Shown here piece by piece: positions 17,610-27,618 of a stretch of 64,000 nucleotides of DNA. Made by a program: the position numbers and the translations under genes. This DNA is from a virus, in IMG/VR virus record IMGVR_UViG_3300037961_005793, positions 1-64,000 of that record. One strand, given 5' to 3'. The notes below the pieces were generated by a model. That model was not told where the DNA came from and did no database searches. It worked only from the letters and a program-made list of their open reading frames with translations. Position 1 is the first letter of the stretch; each line of letters opens with the position of its first letter.

Positions 17610-18098
17610 ATGCCTGTTCAAGAATCTTTTGGATCTAGAACCAGGCGTTTAGCTGGAAAGGCTTTACCAGGGATACTCGATTCCCTTGGACCCGCTGTAG
17701 AACTCTTTGCTAACCCAAGAGAACCTGACCCGAATCAAAGAGCTTTGAATTCATTGATCGTTGGCGGAGGTGATTTAGCGACATCTGTACTTACCGGCGG
17801 TCTCGACATTCCCGCTCAATTACTTCAAGCTTCAAGATTTTTATATAACGCAGCCGAACGAGACCCAGACTCAGCTTTGGGAAGGCTTCAAAGAGGAGCA
17901 GAAGTTTTTGATCCAGCTAATTATCTGAGATATGCCTCTCAGGCTATTGGTCAAGGGACATTTGACCCACAAGGTGAAGATGTTGAATATGCAAAAGAGG
18001 CTGTAAAAGATGGAATAAAAGCGTTAAACATGGATACACCAAAATATGTACCCATGGCACCTTCCATCGGGGGTCCGATGTTTATGCCTCGTTTTTAA
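17610..18098 (+). CDS. Hypothetical late-type protein
   Basis: 162 aa; TAAAAT 21 nt upstream; contains RLAG. Confidence 0.6.
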   Translation: MPVQESFGSRTRRLAGKALPGILDSLGPAVELFANPREPDPNQRALNSLIVGGGDLATSVLTGGLDIPAQLLQASRFLYNAAERDPDSALGRLQRGAEVFDPANYLRYASQAIGQGTFDPQGEDVEYAKEAVKDGIKALNMDTPKYVPMAPSIGGPMFMPRF

Positions 18099-18385
18099 TT
18101 ATCTTCGCCTGAGATACCTGCGTCCCACATGGGTCCGAAGCGTTGCTCTTTAACCTTCTCAAGATTCTCTAAAAATTTCATTCGCTTCTCCCAAGTGTCT
18201 CCTCCTTCAGAACCTTTCTGAGGGTTTATGCATTTGGGGTCGTTAGCCTTATTGCAAACTAAACCGGCTAAGTCTTTCTCGTTCCCTTTTGCCCCCGTGG
18301 CCCAGTAGTGCTGTCCGTTTAACCAACAAGCACCGCACTTTTCACACTCTTTTCTTTCAAGTGAAAGACTTGAAACCTCATCCAT
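18095..18385 (-). CDS. Small Cys-rich cyanophage protein
   Basis: CEKCGACWLNGQHYWATG...DLAGLVCN...CINP...GGDTW. Confidence 0.7.
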   Translation of the reverse strand: MDEVSSLSLERKECEKCGACWLNGQHYWATGAKGNEKDLAGLVCNKANDPKCINPQKGSEGGDTWEKRMKFLENLEKVKEQRFGPMWDAGISGEDN

Positions 18386-18459
18386 AGTGTTTAAAACTAT
18401 GCCTGATGTAGGCTAGAACACCTATAAATATTTAACAGTGCTGATTATTAAATAAACAC

Positions 18460-18489
18460 AAAAAAAGACCCCTCCCGAAGGAGAGGTCT
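18460..18489 (-). terminator. Rho-independent terminator of the capsid operon
   Basis: AGACCTCTCC-TTCG-GGAGGGGTCT followed by a T-tract. Confidence 0.85.
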
Positions 18490-18511
18490 GTTCTCGTCCG
18501 TCCTAAGAGTA

Positions 18512-19390
18512 TCAGGAAGGGGAGGTGCTGGTGTAGGTCGAAGACTCAACCAGACCGTCGGGTTGCAGAGCAACGTCCTGACGCTCGGGGGGTTCATCGG
18601 GGATGATCCAGCAGACTTCGCAGATTGCGAGAGCCTTGTCGTCACCAGACAGCTTGTTGGCTGCAGCGCGGGGATCATAGATACCAGAGCCTTGAGCCAG
18701 ACCGGAACCGGCAACGCCGCCCAGGTCGGTCGTGGTGAACAGCTTCCACTGAGTTTCAGAACCCAGAGCAGCCAGGCTGCTGGAGTCAATGATGTTGGTG
18801 GAAGCAGTGCTGCCGTTAGCGATAGCGCTGTTGGAGCCGGTGAGGGTGACACCGAACTGACCAGAAACGACAGTGCCGTCGTCTTTCAGACCTTCGCCCA
18901 CAGCGGGAACGAGGGTCAGCTCAGGGGTGGCGTCAGTACCGGCAACACCGGAGCTAACGAGGTCACCGCCGCTGAGACGCAGGGATGCGCGATAGACGTA
19001 AGCAGTAGCCGGAACCTTGATGCCATCGGTGATGTCAGCCCGGACATCCTTATGGAAGTCGGGAGAAGGAACGATGACGTCAGCGTTCAGGAAAGGCTGC
19101 TCAGCGCTGTTCTGACCAGAGCCATAAGGCTTGGTGTAGTAGCTCATCTGGTTAGACGTGCCCAGAGCCTGGTAGCTCATGTCCACGTAACCAACGGCCT
19201 GTTGTGCGATCCAGCCAGGCTGGAAAACAACACCGACAGGGCCGCCGACGGGCTGGTTGGTCAGATTAGTATCGACGCCATTGGCGTTTTGATACTGAAT
19301 CGTCTTTTCTTCGTGCCAGTAACGAAGAACGTTGGTGTAGTTGCCAGGATAGATCTTGGCAACGTGAAGCTGGTTAGAGTTGATTGCCAT
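18512..19390 (-). CDS. Abundant structural protein co-transcribed with the MCP (decoration or tube)
   Basis: GAGGAGG RBS, same strong codon bias as the MCP. Confidence 0.7.
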   Translation of the reverse strand: MAINSNQLHVAKIYPGNYTNVLRYWHEEKTIQYQNANGVDTNLTNQPVGGPVGVVFQPGWIAQQAVGYVDMSYQALGTSNQMSYYTKPYGSGQNSAEQPFLNADVIVPSPDFHKDVRADITDGIKVPATAYVYRASLRLSGGDLVSSGVAGTDATPELTLVPAVGEGLKDDGTVVSGQFGVTLTGSNSAIANGSTASTNIIDSSSLAALGSETQWKLFTTTDLGGVAGSGLAQGSGIYDPRAAANKLSGDDKALAICEVCWIIPDEPPERQDVALQPDGLVESSTYTSTSPS

Positions 19391-19404
19391 TGTTAGTTAC
19401 CTCC

Positions 19405-20520
19405 TCAAGCGTCGAAAGAGTAACCAACGGTCACGAAGTCTGCGTTAAGCAGTTCGAAACCTGCATACAGCGACCAGATCATCTGAATGAAACGACTGAA
19501 ATCGTCGTTGTTGTTCAGAAGCACCTGAGCGTTGTTGCCACCGATGCCGACGCCGACAGATTGCGGGCCGAAGAAGATACCGATCGCAGCGTTGTAATCT
19601 GCGGCGGCACCAGCGATGGTAGCGTTTTGAGTCTGGGAAGGCATGTTGGTGGATTCGAAGAATCGCACGCCCTCGAAGACAAATCCCGTAGGCATAATAG
19701 GCTCACCAGCCACGAAGCTGGCTTGGCCGAAGCCCTGACCCATGTAGATAGCAGCGTTAGGCTGCATAGCTGACATGAGGGGATTGATTTGACCGTTACC
19801 GGGGTAGCGGGCCACCTCACGGAAGTCACTGTTCTGACGCAAGTGCATCAAGAAAGTGGGGTCACAAACGCAACGATAGAAGCCGTCCTGGTAGGTCGGG
19901 GTGTTGCGCTTACGCAGGGACTTGACCACACGGAGGAGGTCGTCCTTAACGTCAAATTTGGCTTGCTCAGCGTTGGTGTAGGTCAGAGCGCCGGTAGCCA
20001 GGTCGCCAGGGAAGTAGTAACCACCCTGTGAGTCAGAAGCCTGACCCTTGGAAACAGCTTTCAGGAGTTCGTTAATAAACACCCGATCTCGCCACCTTCT
20101 ATAGTCGTCCAGCAGGGTCAGGCTGCCGATTGACTGGTGGAAGGTGGTCAGGTTGCCTGTATCGAGCAGCAGACGCTGCGCGGTGATCAGGGTTTCCCGA
20201 GCAATCTTGAAAGTAGAAGGCTGGGTGGGATCGTTCGGGTCTGCAGGTCCGGTGTACTCACGAAGAGTCACCAAAACTTTGTCTTTGACAATGTTCCGGC
20301 TGTTGGCCGTACCGATCGTCTGCTCAGCAGTCCGCTCGCGGGACTCCTTAGAGCCGGGGTTTCCGAAGAACCGGTAACGGTCAAGCTGAACCGTCTGACC
20401 AGGCTGTTTAGAGAAGTCATGGACAACGACGGGCTCAGCCGCCATTTCCACGATGTAAGCCGGGTGAGGCCGATATAACTCGGCACCGAGAATCTTCGGA
20501 AAATCATTATCGATGAACAT
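19405..20520 (-). CDS. Major capsid protein
   Basis: 371 aa; QPGQTVQLDRYRF...VTLREY...G-x-x-FEGVRFFESTN pattern of N4-gp56-like MCPs; strong codon bias. Confidence 0.85.
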   Translation of the reverse strand: MFIDNDFPKILGAELYRPHPAYIVEMAAEPVVVHDFSKQPGQTVQLDRYRFFGNPGSKESRERTAEQTIGTANSRNIVKDKVLVTLREYTGPADPNDPTQPSTFKIARETLITAQRLLLDTGNLTTFHQSIGSLTLLDDYRRWRDRVFINELLKAVSKGQASDSQGGYYFPGDLATGALTYTNAEQAKFDVKDDLLRVVKSLRKRNTPTYQDGFYRCVCDPTFLMHLRQNSDFREVARYPGNGQINPLMSAMQPNAAIYMGQGFGQASFVAGEPIMPTGFVFEGVRFFESTNMPSQTQNATIAGAAADYNAAIGIFFGPQSVGVGIGGNNAQVLLNNNDDFSRFIQMIWSLYAGFELLNADFVTVGYSFDA

Positions 20521-20599
20521 CGATAAGTTCCGTAGAAACTACTTTGTAATCATAAAGGAGATTTGTAAAAGTCAGTATATAAGTGTTGCGTTTTTAGCG

Positions 20600-21808
20600 T
20601 TAAATACCTTTCTGATTCGAGCTATTGACGCTTGAGCTGAATGTTCGAACCATGCCTCGTACACCTTCTCCAAGAACACCATAAGCAGCACCGTAATTAG
20701 GAACGTATGTAGATGCTCTACCTCGGTACATTCCCCTGATTACGTCGTTCATTGTTCCTGGAACATTTGATCTCTCGGCTGATGCAAAAGTCTGACAATA
20801 TACCGGCGGCGCATACTCCCAGCTGGCTCTGCTTTGCCCTGATACGGCGGTGTTGTACAGCATCGGATAACCCCCACGGGGGTACGTACCTGCGCCTCCT
20901 GTAGATCCGCCATTAAAAGCGTCCTGACCAAAAGGAGTATTAAAGGGGTCGTAACCCTGTGAGGAAGGGTGTGCTCCATTCCAATACGTATAAGCTCCGA
21001 TACTTTTCACTCCAGGAATCGGGCCAAACGCTGTTTGAACTGTCGCGTTCGCAGTGCTAATCATCGCCTGACGGCGATAACCGTTGTAAACCGTCAGTAC
21101 ACCAGAAGCGTGCTGCTCGTAGTTGTCATAATTAGTCCAATAACCGCTGATCGTCGGAGGAACAGCTCGCCATTCTGTGCTCTGGTAAATGGGTAAGTTA
21201 TATGGAGGCGCATTAAACGAATAAACAGCCGATCCACCCATCCCTGAGTGAACAGTGCAATAAGGGTAAACAGCTCCTTGTTGCCCCTCAGGAACAACGA
21301 TCTGTAAATACGCGCCTGGGTTACCTTGAACTCCAGAAGTCGTTACTCCGTTTGTAAATTCAACACCACTTGCCCAAATGCCGTAGTCAGTTTCACTTAA
21401 ACGAAATGGATGACTGCTTGTGCTTGTATCTGATAAATCGAAAATGTACGTGCTTCCCTGAATCAGAGTAAGACTTTTTTGAGACACACCGTCAATAGCA
21501 AACTTATTTCCACCGTCGCTTACAACTGTGACTTCTAAAGTTTTTGTTTCTGGGTAAGAAGTAGTTTCGATTCCTAAATCAGCGGGAAAAGCCTGAGGCG
21601 GTCCAGGAGTTACAACACCAAAATTTGCACCTGGTTCAGTCAACGCTACATAAGTCTGTTGTTCTCCGGATGCATAAACATACCCACTCGAAGTCAAAAC
21701 ATAAGTGTCGGTAAGATCTAAATCGTTAGAAGTTCTTTGAGGACCGGACTGGATCTGATGGTAAATATTTTTGTCGTAACGCCAGTTTGTTAAAGCAGCG
21801 TAAGTCAT
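20600..21808 (-). CDS. Structural protein with an inserted cupredoxin-like domain
   Basis: LTLIQGSTYIFDLSD...HPFRLS...YPYCTVHSGMGG. Confidence 0.7.
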   Translation of the reverse strand: MTYAALTNWRYDKNIYHQIQSGPQRTSNDLDLTDTYVLTSSGYVYASGEQQTYVALTEPGANFGVVTPGPPQAFPADLGIETTSYPETKTLEVTVVSDGGNKFAIDGVSQKSLTLIQGSTYIFDLSDTSTSSHPFRLSETDYGIWASGVEFTNGVTTSGVQGNPGAYLQIVVPEGQQGAVYPYCTVHSGMGGSAVYSFNAPPYNLPIYQSTEWRAVPPTISGYWTNYDNYEQHASGVLTVYNGYRRQAMISTANATVQTAFGPIPGVKSIGAYTYWNGAHPSSQGYDPFNTPFGQDAFNGGSTGGAGTYPRGGYPMLYNTAVSGQSRASWEYAPPVYCQTFASAERSNVPGTMNDVIRGMYRGRASTYVPNYGAAYGVLGEGVRGMVRTFSSSVNSSNQKGI

Positions 21809-21869
21809 ACTGTTTAGTCATTTCTTTCACTCTAAATCGGTTTATCATTTATAAAGACAGAGAGGATGA

Positions 21870-22178
21870 ATGCTTGATAAGATCCTCGACGTCATTGTGA
21901 TTGACTGTGACATCGCAGGAGGATCTGTGGCAGGCTCCGTCAGCGAATCCATCGTTCACCCAAAAAAAGGTAAAGACATAGTTTTTCATTTTGCAAGAGC
22001 ACTTTGCGTAGGTTGGGCTCTTGCTGTTTTTGTGTCTCCTGCAGTGTCAGAAAGATTCAAGCTAAGCAAATCCGAGTCGGTAGCAATCGCTTTTATCGGT
22101 GGTTACTGCGGTATAAGACTAATGAGCACTGCTGAAAAAGTTCTCCATAAAAAACTCTCTAAAGAAATTAAAGAGTAA
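21870..22178 (+). CDS. Small membrane protein, possible holin
   Basis: Two to three hydrophobic segments and a basic C-terminus; TATCAT 21 nt upstream. Confidence 0.5.
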   Translation: MLDKILDVIVIDCDIAGGSVAGSVSESIVHPKKGKDIVFHFARALCVGWALAVFVSPAVSERFKLSKSESVAIAFIGGYCGIRLMSTAEKVLHKKLSKEIKE

Positions 22179-22332
22179 TATTTTCATCAAACGACTCTGG
22201 TGCTTCCACGAGCTGCTGCTCTTCTACAGGTTCACGCACAGTTGCCCAAGCCGACTGCCTGACATGAGAAGATTTGCGTCGACCATCGTGACGACGACCA
22301 TCTCTACGACGTGGCTCTCTGCGACGGTTCAT
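22168..22332 (-). CDS. Small Arg-rich/acidic peptide
   Basis: MNRRREPRRRDGRRHDGRRK... (54 aa); TACACT 18 nt upstream. Confidence 0.4.
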   Translation of the reverse strand: MNRRREPRRRDGRRHDGRRKSSHVRQSAWATVREPVEEQQLVEAPESFDENITL

Positions 22333-22359
22333 AACTAAGGTCTTTTCCTAAGTGTAGGC

Positions 22360-22397
22360 AAAAAAAGACCCTGTCAGATGGCGTGACTGACAGGGTT
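22360..22397 (-). terminator. Rho-independent terminator after the scaffold gene
   Basis: ACCCTGTCAG-N9-CTGACAGGGT then a T-tract. Confidence 0.85.
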
Positions 22398-22421
22398 GGT
22401 TCTCTTCCTTTTTAAAGGTAA

Positions 22422-23336
22422 TCAGGAAGGTTCCATGAACAGGAGTTTGCTCCGTAAAGCTTCAGGTTGCATCTGGCTCAGGACGCGCCAAGCGTTCTCA
22501 GGAGAACGGCTCATCACTTCACCAAACTGCTCCCAGGACTGACCATTGGGAACGCCGCCTTGACCAGCTGCGCCTACAGGAGGAGCAGGCATGTCGTACT
22601 GCTGTTGGTAAGCAGCAGCGTTGGGGTCGTACTCCATCTCGTAGTCATCCCCGATATCAACAGGGACCACTTCGGTAAAGTAACGATCGGTGTAGTCGGC
22701 CAGGTGGTCGGGATCTGTCAGGATCTCTTCCATACTGGCGGCGACGTCGAGCACCGTGTCGGTCTTCTGAGCTTGCTCAACGAGCATGTCCTCGAGGGCA
22801 CACGCGTAAGCATTCAAAATTCCAGGGGCCTCGATTCCGAAGTTACGAACGACCTCGGCGCTTGCCTCGCTTAGGCTCTGGTCCGTAGAATCCTGATAAG
22901 AAATCGGGGTCTGTGAGACGCTGGTAGGCGAGGTCTGCTGAACCGGCTGCTGGTAAGCCCAAGGCTGGACCTGCGAAGGCTGACTGATCTGTGTTGTAGC
23001 CTGCTGTGGTGCCTGGGTCTGATACTGTGCTGCCTGGCTGAGGGATGGTGACTGGGAGGTTAGCACCCGCTCCAGGGAACCCATCGCTGCTTCCCAAGGG
23101 TTGCTCGGGGAGGAGTTGTACGTTGACGGGTTGTACTGGGGATTGATAGAAGGATCCGAAGCCGGTGCCACCTGGGACGGCGGTTGGGCTGTAGGAACCG
23201 AAGCTACCGCCGGGGTAGCTCCTTGGACCACCCACTGCTGCGGAGAGACGGTTGTCGAGCCCTGGTCGCTGATTACCGCCGGGGCTGCCGCCGGGGAGAC
23301 CGGGCTCGGGGTTGAAGCTTGGATCTGCTGGCTCAT
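22422..23336 (-). CDS. Putative capsid scaffolding protein
   Basis: Disordered Q/P/S N-half and acidic helical C-half; lies between portal and MCP. Confidence 0.6.
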   Translation of the reverse strand: MSQQIQASTPSPVSPAAAPAVISDQGSTTVSPQQWVVQGATPAVASVPTAQPPSQVAPASDPSINPQYNPSTYNSSPSNPWEAAMGSLERVLTSQSPSLSQAAQYQTQAPQQATTQISQPSQVQPWAYQQPVQQTSPTSVSQTPISYQDSTDQSLSEASAEVVRNFGIEAPGILNAYACALEDMLVEQAQKTDTVLDVAASMEEILTDPDHLADYTDRYFTEVVPVDIGDDYEMEYDPNAAAYQQQYDMPAPPVGAAGQGGVPNGQSWEQFGEVMSRSPENAWRVLSQMQPEALRSKLLFMEPS

Positions 23337-25062
23337 AGCTACCCGAGTAAGTTAGTTCTTCCGCAAGGTGATCGAATGTCCTGTAAAGGAGCGGAGTGAT
23401 ATTCAGTCTAGGATCAGCCGCTAAAGGTTGATCAGGCGCAAGAGGATGCGGAGACTGCAACATCTGGTTTAATAATACCAGGAACTGCTGCATTGACGAC
23501 TGAACTTGTCCGACCATTCTGAAAGGAAATCCTTTCAACATTTCGGCACGTTCAGACTCATTTTTATCAGGGAAAAGGTATTTAAGAGCTTCTACACTCT
23601 CAACACCCAATTCCTGCATGTTGCGGACGACCATTGACTTTTGTAGGACGTCATAAGCAGTGTCTTCGTAGACATCACCCTGGTATCTGTAGCTGACATT
23701 ACGGTCACCATCTTCTGGTAAACCAATAACACCACGAGGCACTTTATTTTCAGTAAGTGCCTTCTTCATCTCTTGATTCAGCTTGGTTTCGAATCGAATC
23801 TGGGCCTTGCGGAACCTTTCAACCGATTCTTCAGTAACTTCTTGAGGTTCTTTAGGTTCTTTTAAGTTAAGAGCCGCGATAAATGACTCACGGAAAACTG
23901 TTTCTTGGTGATAAAGCATCATCTCCAAGAGAGAACAGAAACCGTAGGTCAAAAAGCTCTTATTCTTCCTTGTAGCAGTCGCTTGAGCGCGACCCATCAA
24001 GCCTTTGATCTCCGTAGCAGTAGCGCCTGCCGAAATAGAGATTTCATCGACTCCGCCGAGCGCTGTACGAATTTCTTCGCGTAAAAGAAGCGCGTAACGG
24101 TTCATATCACCACTGATCGGGTCCGGAGTCATGTAACCGACTCGATCAGAAGGCTCAACGTTGGCAATAATGCGTGGAACACGCAGACCACCACCCATAG
24201 CAGAGCCAAAAGGCTCCGCAACCCGTGTTGAAGGCGTATTTTGACCCGCAAAACCAGACTGAGAGCTGATTGTGGGTCTAAAAGTGCTTCCAGAGTCCGA
24301 AGCTTCGACTAAATCGGAGCGCGGACGGCTTGAAATCAGAGTTGGGTTACCAAAAAACTCAATATTTTTCGAAATATTCTTAATCATTTGGTCATGAAGC
24401 ACAATCTGCTCCATGAAGGGGTCAAAATCACCCTCTCCTTCTGTACCACTGGCGTTGGGCTTGTTTAAAACCTCAACAGCAGGGACAAATCCAAGTTGAT
24501 TAGGTCTTTTTCGATCTGCAGTAAGCACTCCACCAGGCTCAAGCTCAAAACTAAGCTCAGTGTCGGACTCGTTTTCAGTAATCTCATTAGCGGTGATGCT
24601 TAGACGAACGTAACGTTTGTTCTGACCGTAAACATCACTGGGTAGACCCAAGTTATTGTTCTTTACCTTGTAATCGTAAAGAATAACAACTTCGTCAATT
24701 TGACCATTAGCATCGTGATACACACGATATTGTTTCTTGTTGAAGAAATAAATCTGATACTTTAGTTTTGGATCTGGGCGAAAGTAAAAAAGACCGCACC
24801 CATCAATCAAAAAGTTTCTAATAATTGCAGGGAATCTTATATCAAGACGGTTTAACTCAATAACGTCGTGGATAAACTTGGTTCTGCTTTTATAAGTATC
24901 TTGATCACAATAAAAAGACAGACCCTTCTTGATCATCAAGAGGGTCATTTGTTGAAGGTGGCTTAAGACCACCATCGTGGCAGCTTGATTCGAACGATCT
25001 TGAGTTCGAGCGGCCTCAAGAATCTCTTCAAACTGATTACGGACGTCAACAGAGGCTGTCAT
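22843..25062 (-). CDS. Portal protein with a long Gly/Pro C-terminal extension
   Basis: 739 aa; NQLGFVPAVEV...GEGDF motif of SPP1-gp6-like portals; downstream of TerL. Confidence 0.75.
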   Translation of the reverse strand: MTASVDVRNQFEEILEAARTQDRSNQAATMVVLSHLQQMTLLMIKKGLSFYCDQDTYKSRTKFIHDVIELNRLDIRFPAIIRNFLIDGCGLFYFRPDPKLKYQIYFFNKKQYRVYHDANGQIDEVVILYDYKVKNNNLGLPSDVYGQNKRYVRLSITANEITENESDTELSFELEPGGVLTADRKRPNQLGFVPAVEVLNKPNASGTEGEGDFDPFMEQIVLHDQMIKNISKNIEFFGNPTLISSRPRSDLVEASDSGSTFRPTISSQSGFAGQNTPSTRVAEPFGSAMGGGLRVPRIIANVEPSDRVGYMTPDPISGDMNRYALLLREEIRTALGGVDEISISAGATATEIKGLMGRAQATATRKNKSFLTYGFCSLLEMMLYHQETVFRESFIAALNLKEPKEPQEVTEESVERFRKAQIRFETKLNQEMKKALTENKVPRGVIGLPEDGDRNVSYRYQGDVYEDTAYDVLQKSMVVRNMQELGVESVEALKYLFPDKNESERAEMLKGFPFRMVGQVQSSMQQFLVLLNQMLQSPHPLAPDQPLAADPRLNITPLLYRTFDHLAEELTYSGSYEPADPSFNPEPGLPGGSPGGNQRPGLDNRLSAAVGGPRSYPGGSFGSYSPTAVPGGTGFGSFYQSPVQPVNVQLLPEQPLGSSDGFPGAGANLPVTIPQPGSTVSDPGTTAGYNTDQSAFAGPALGLPAAGSADLAYQRLTDPDFLSGFYGPEPKRGKRRGRS

Positions 25063-25068
25063 TATTTA

Positions 25069-25890
25069 TTAGACCTCTTGACCGTCAGGTAAGAGGTAGT
25101 TCCGTACTCGCTCTATTCTAAGGGCTGCCTCTGGAAGTTTTGAAACTGGATAAGACGTAATTAAGTGATCCTCACGTCCTAGCATGTCTGTGTTACCTTC
25201 TTTTGGCACAAAATCATCACATAGTTTCTGAACTTCTGGTTTATCCCAAATGTAATACTCCGCGATATTACGAAGCTTTGTTTTACGACGATCGCTGTCG
25301 CCCATCCAGCTCAAGTGCCAACCTGCATCTCGGTCGCCTACATACCAGTTATTCGTAGTAGCCCTCAACGATGAAAGAGTTCCAAAATCTCTTAGTTGAC
25401 CGACAGTCGCCGCAGTGCCGCACCGCCAATCGAACTTTTCTCCTTCAGGCGAGACGAGCTGGCGGTCGGCTCTTCCGTAATGCATAGACATAGATAATCT
25501 GACAGTCTTATCACAGTGAGTATCAACTGCTTCCTTAATCTCCTTCAGTTTTTCTGGGTTTGCGATCTCATCACAGTCACTACATATGAAATAAGCGTCA
25601 TCGGGCAACATGAATAAACCCACACTCAGAGCATCTCGCTGTCCTCGCTCTCGTACCCATGGGTCAGGAGCTTCTTCGTAAGAAGGTAGTTCTACGTGCA
25701 GAACTTGAATCTTTTCTTCAGGCAGACCCAGTTCCTTAATGGTTTCTACGCAAGTGAATTCTTTAGGATCACCTCTGTGTGTGCGGTTTGCGTCTGTAAT
25801 TAAAAAACCATCTACATGGTCTTTAAGGGTTTCTACGCGAAGCTCAAGAATCTCTCTTTCGTTGAAGTAAGGAAAGCAATCGATCAGCAC
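25069..25890 (-). CDS. Glycosyltransferase family 17-like (MGAT3-like)
   Basis: IDCFPYFNE..LELR...SDCDEI...GWHLSW. Confidence 0.8.
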   Translation of the reverse strand: MLIDCFPYFNEREILELRVETLKDHVDGFLITDANRTHRGDPKEFTCVETIKELGLPEEKIQVLHVELPSYEEAPDPWVRERGQRDALSVGLFMLPDDAYFICSDCDEIANPEKLKEIKEAVDTHCDKTVRLSMSMHYGRADRQLVSPEGEKFDWRCGTAATVGQLRDFGTLSSLRATTNNWYVGDRDAGWHLSWMGDSDRRKTKLRNIAEYYIWDKPEVQKLCDDFVPKEGNTDMLGREDHLITSYPVSKLPEAALRIERVRNYLLPDGQEV

Positions 25891-25920
25891 TGCGCCAAAG
25901 CTTAGTAGCAGTATGTTACC

Positions 25921-26226
25921 TCAATTTTGCTCTGCATCACCCATGGCAAAACGTTTTTTACTTCTTTCAAGAAGTAAGTTTTTCATATCTTCTGTGTCCT
26001 GATCTTCTGGAGGAATGGATTCTGTTTGAAATTGTGCAGCTCCGTCGTTAGTCGAAGGCATTTCCGGAGGTGTGGGACCACCCACCTCTTGGTTAAAACT
26101 ACTTTGTTCGTAAGACTCAAAGTCTTCAGTTACAGGTTGCTCTTGTGCTCTCTGTTTATTTGCAGCACCGACCGCCTGGGCGTACCTCTTGGCGAGAATA
26201 TTACCGAACTCTTGAAAATCGCTCAT
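25921..26226 (-). CDS. Acidic hypothetical protein
   Basis: 101 aa, TAATG overlap. Confidence 0.6.
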   Translation of the reverse strand: MSDFQEFGNILAKRYAQAVGAANKQRAQEQPVTEDFESYEQSSFNQEVGGPTPPEMPSTNDGAAQFQTESIPPEDQDTEDMKNLLLERSKKRFAMGDAEQN

Positions 26227-26513
26227 TAGTAAAGAACGACAACGCCGTTAACAGATCCGCCACTTAATGTTACGGCACCCCACTCCAGCTGCATGTCACC
26301 AGCAACATTTTCTACGTGGAGGTACTCGTTAACAGCCATGTCGTTTAAGCGAACATAAAAGTCATCAGTTCCGGGGGTGCTTTTTGATTCAACAAAAAGT
26401 GCCCTACAAGTACCAAAAGTCGTCTCACCGTCAGCAGGCGTCCAAACAAACCCACTACACATCGGCAGTCGAGAAGTCTGTCCGTATACCGTCCCAAAAG
26501 CGCGGATGTCCAT
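26226..26513 (-). CDS. Small beta-rich structural-type protein
   Basis: 95 aa ending VVVLY; TAGACT upstream. Confidence 0.55.
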   Translation of the reverse strand: MDIRAFGTVYGQTSRLPMCSGFVWTPADGETTFGTCRALFVESKSTPGTDDFYVRLNDMAVNEYLHVENVAGDMQLEWGAVTLSGGSVNGVVVLY

Positions 26514-26530
26514 GAAGGATTATTTTTTTA

Positions 26531-26746
26531 TCAGTCTAACGTGCTTATTTCGATAAGTTTACTCAAGTACCACTGAGCTTTTTTCAGGTCCTCTACTCCG
26601 TTCTTGTGTTGAAACCGCCAGAGGTATTTAAAGCAAGAGAGGTGGCAAAAAGACTTGACCCCTTCAACACCTGCTGCTGACATCATCGCGTCTATGCACT
26701 CGATGTCACCTTGTGAGTAGTGTGCGGGATGGTTTACTGCTTCCAT
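26531..26746 (-). CDS. DUF3310 family protein
   Basis: VNHPAHYSQGDIECIDAM...KYLWR...KNGVEDLKKAQWYL. Confidence 0.9.
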   Translation of the reverse strand: MEAVNHPAHYSQGDIECIDAMMSAAGVEGVKSFCHLSCFKYLWRFQHKNGVEDLKKAQWYLSKLIEISTLD

Positions 26747-27618
26747 TACGTCAAAAACATGTTTTCGGTATGAATGGTATCTGATCCTTCGTATAAAGCA
26801 GGGGAGTATTTAACATCAAGATGTCTAACCAAACCGCACGGGTGAATCTGAACTGAATCACCGCATTTAATTAACGGCACAACTCGACGGTGCTCTTGGT
26901 TCGGTTTCAAACCCTCAAAAGCTAAACCCATAGAACTTCGGTCAGCGATCGGCCAGTTACGTTTGCCGACCACACGGTGACTCAGTTGAGGATGACAGCT
27001 TTCACTTTTTATATATTTCTCAGCATCTTCCTGGTCGAGAATCATCAAACCTGCGTAAGGGTTGCCTAGAGATGTGAAGCCAATAAAGTTCTTGTCGTTT
27101 GGCGTCAGTATCGTCCCGCATTCGTAAGGGATATCACCCCACACATCGGGGGTAAGTCCATAAAGGTCCCACTTTTTGTAATTATCAAAAGGTATATCTA
27201 GATCTCTGTACTCTTCATATCGGCAAAAACCAGGCTCAAGATTTAAAGGTTTGAGCACATCTTTGTAATCACGCCAGTAGACGAACTGTTTAGAGCCAAA
27301 GAGCATATCATTTTCTGAATACATATAAAAGTCATATTTTTTATCTCTTACTGCTTTTACAAAACTGGGTTTGTGAGCCCAACAAAGTGCGAAGCCTGCG
27401 TAGGACTCATCTGCGACTGTGAAGCTAACCCTGTCGAGGTGAACATGACTTCCAACAATTAAAGAGAATTCGTCAAGATCATACGAGTGCTCGTGATCGA
27501 TGAAAAACTCTACATAAACCCTCAGAGGTAGAGTTTCGTAAGCTCGTAGGGCAGCAAGTGTCTTCTCGATACGAGCAAGGGGGTTGTGGGCAGTGACGGC
27601 TATATAAATAGATTGCAT
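26746..27618 (-). CDS. Putative GT-A fold glycosyltransferase
   Basis: IYIAVTAH N-terminal strand; YDFYMYSENDMLF DxD-like motif; late His in LVRHL. Confidence 0.55.
   Translation of the reverse strand: MQSIYIAVTAHNPLARIEKTLAALRAYETLPLRVYVEFFIDHEHSYDLDEFSLIVGSHVHLDRVSFTVADESYAGFALCWAHKPSFVKAVRDKKYDFYMYSENDMLFGSKQFVYWRDYKDVLKPLNLEPGFCRYEEYRDLDIPFDNYKKWDLYGLTPDVWGDIPYECGTILTPNDKNFIGFTSLGNPYAGLMILDQEDAEKYIKSESCHPQLSHRVVGKRNWPIADRSSMGLAFEGLKPNQEHRRVVPLIKCGDSVQIHPCGLVRHLDVKYSPALYEGSDTIHTENMFLT

Noticed and set aside
18563-20478. Long plus-strand ORFs antisense to the capsid genes (e.g. 18563-19396, 277 aa)
   Set aside because: Shadow ORFs expected from strong codon bias; no RBS or recognisable motifs
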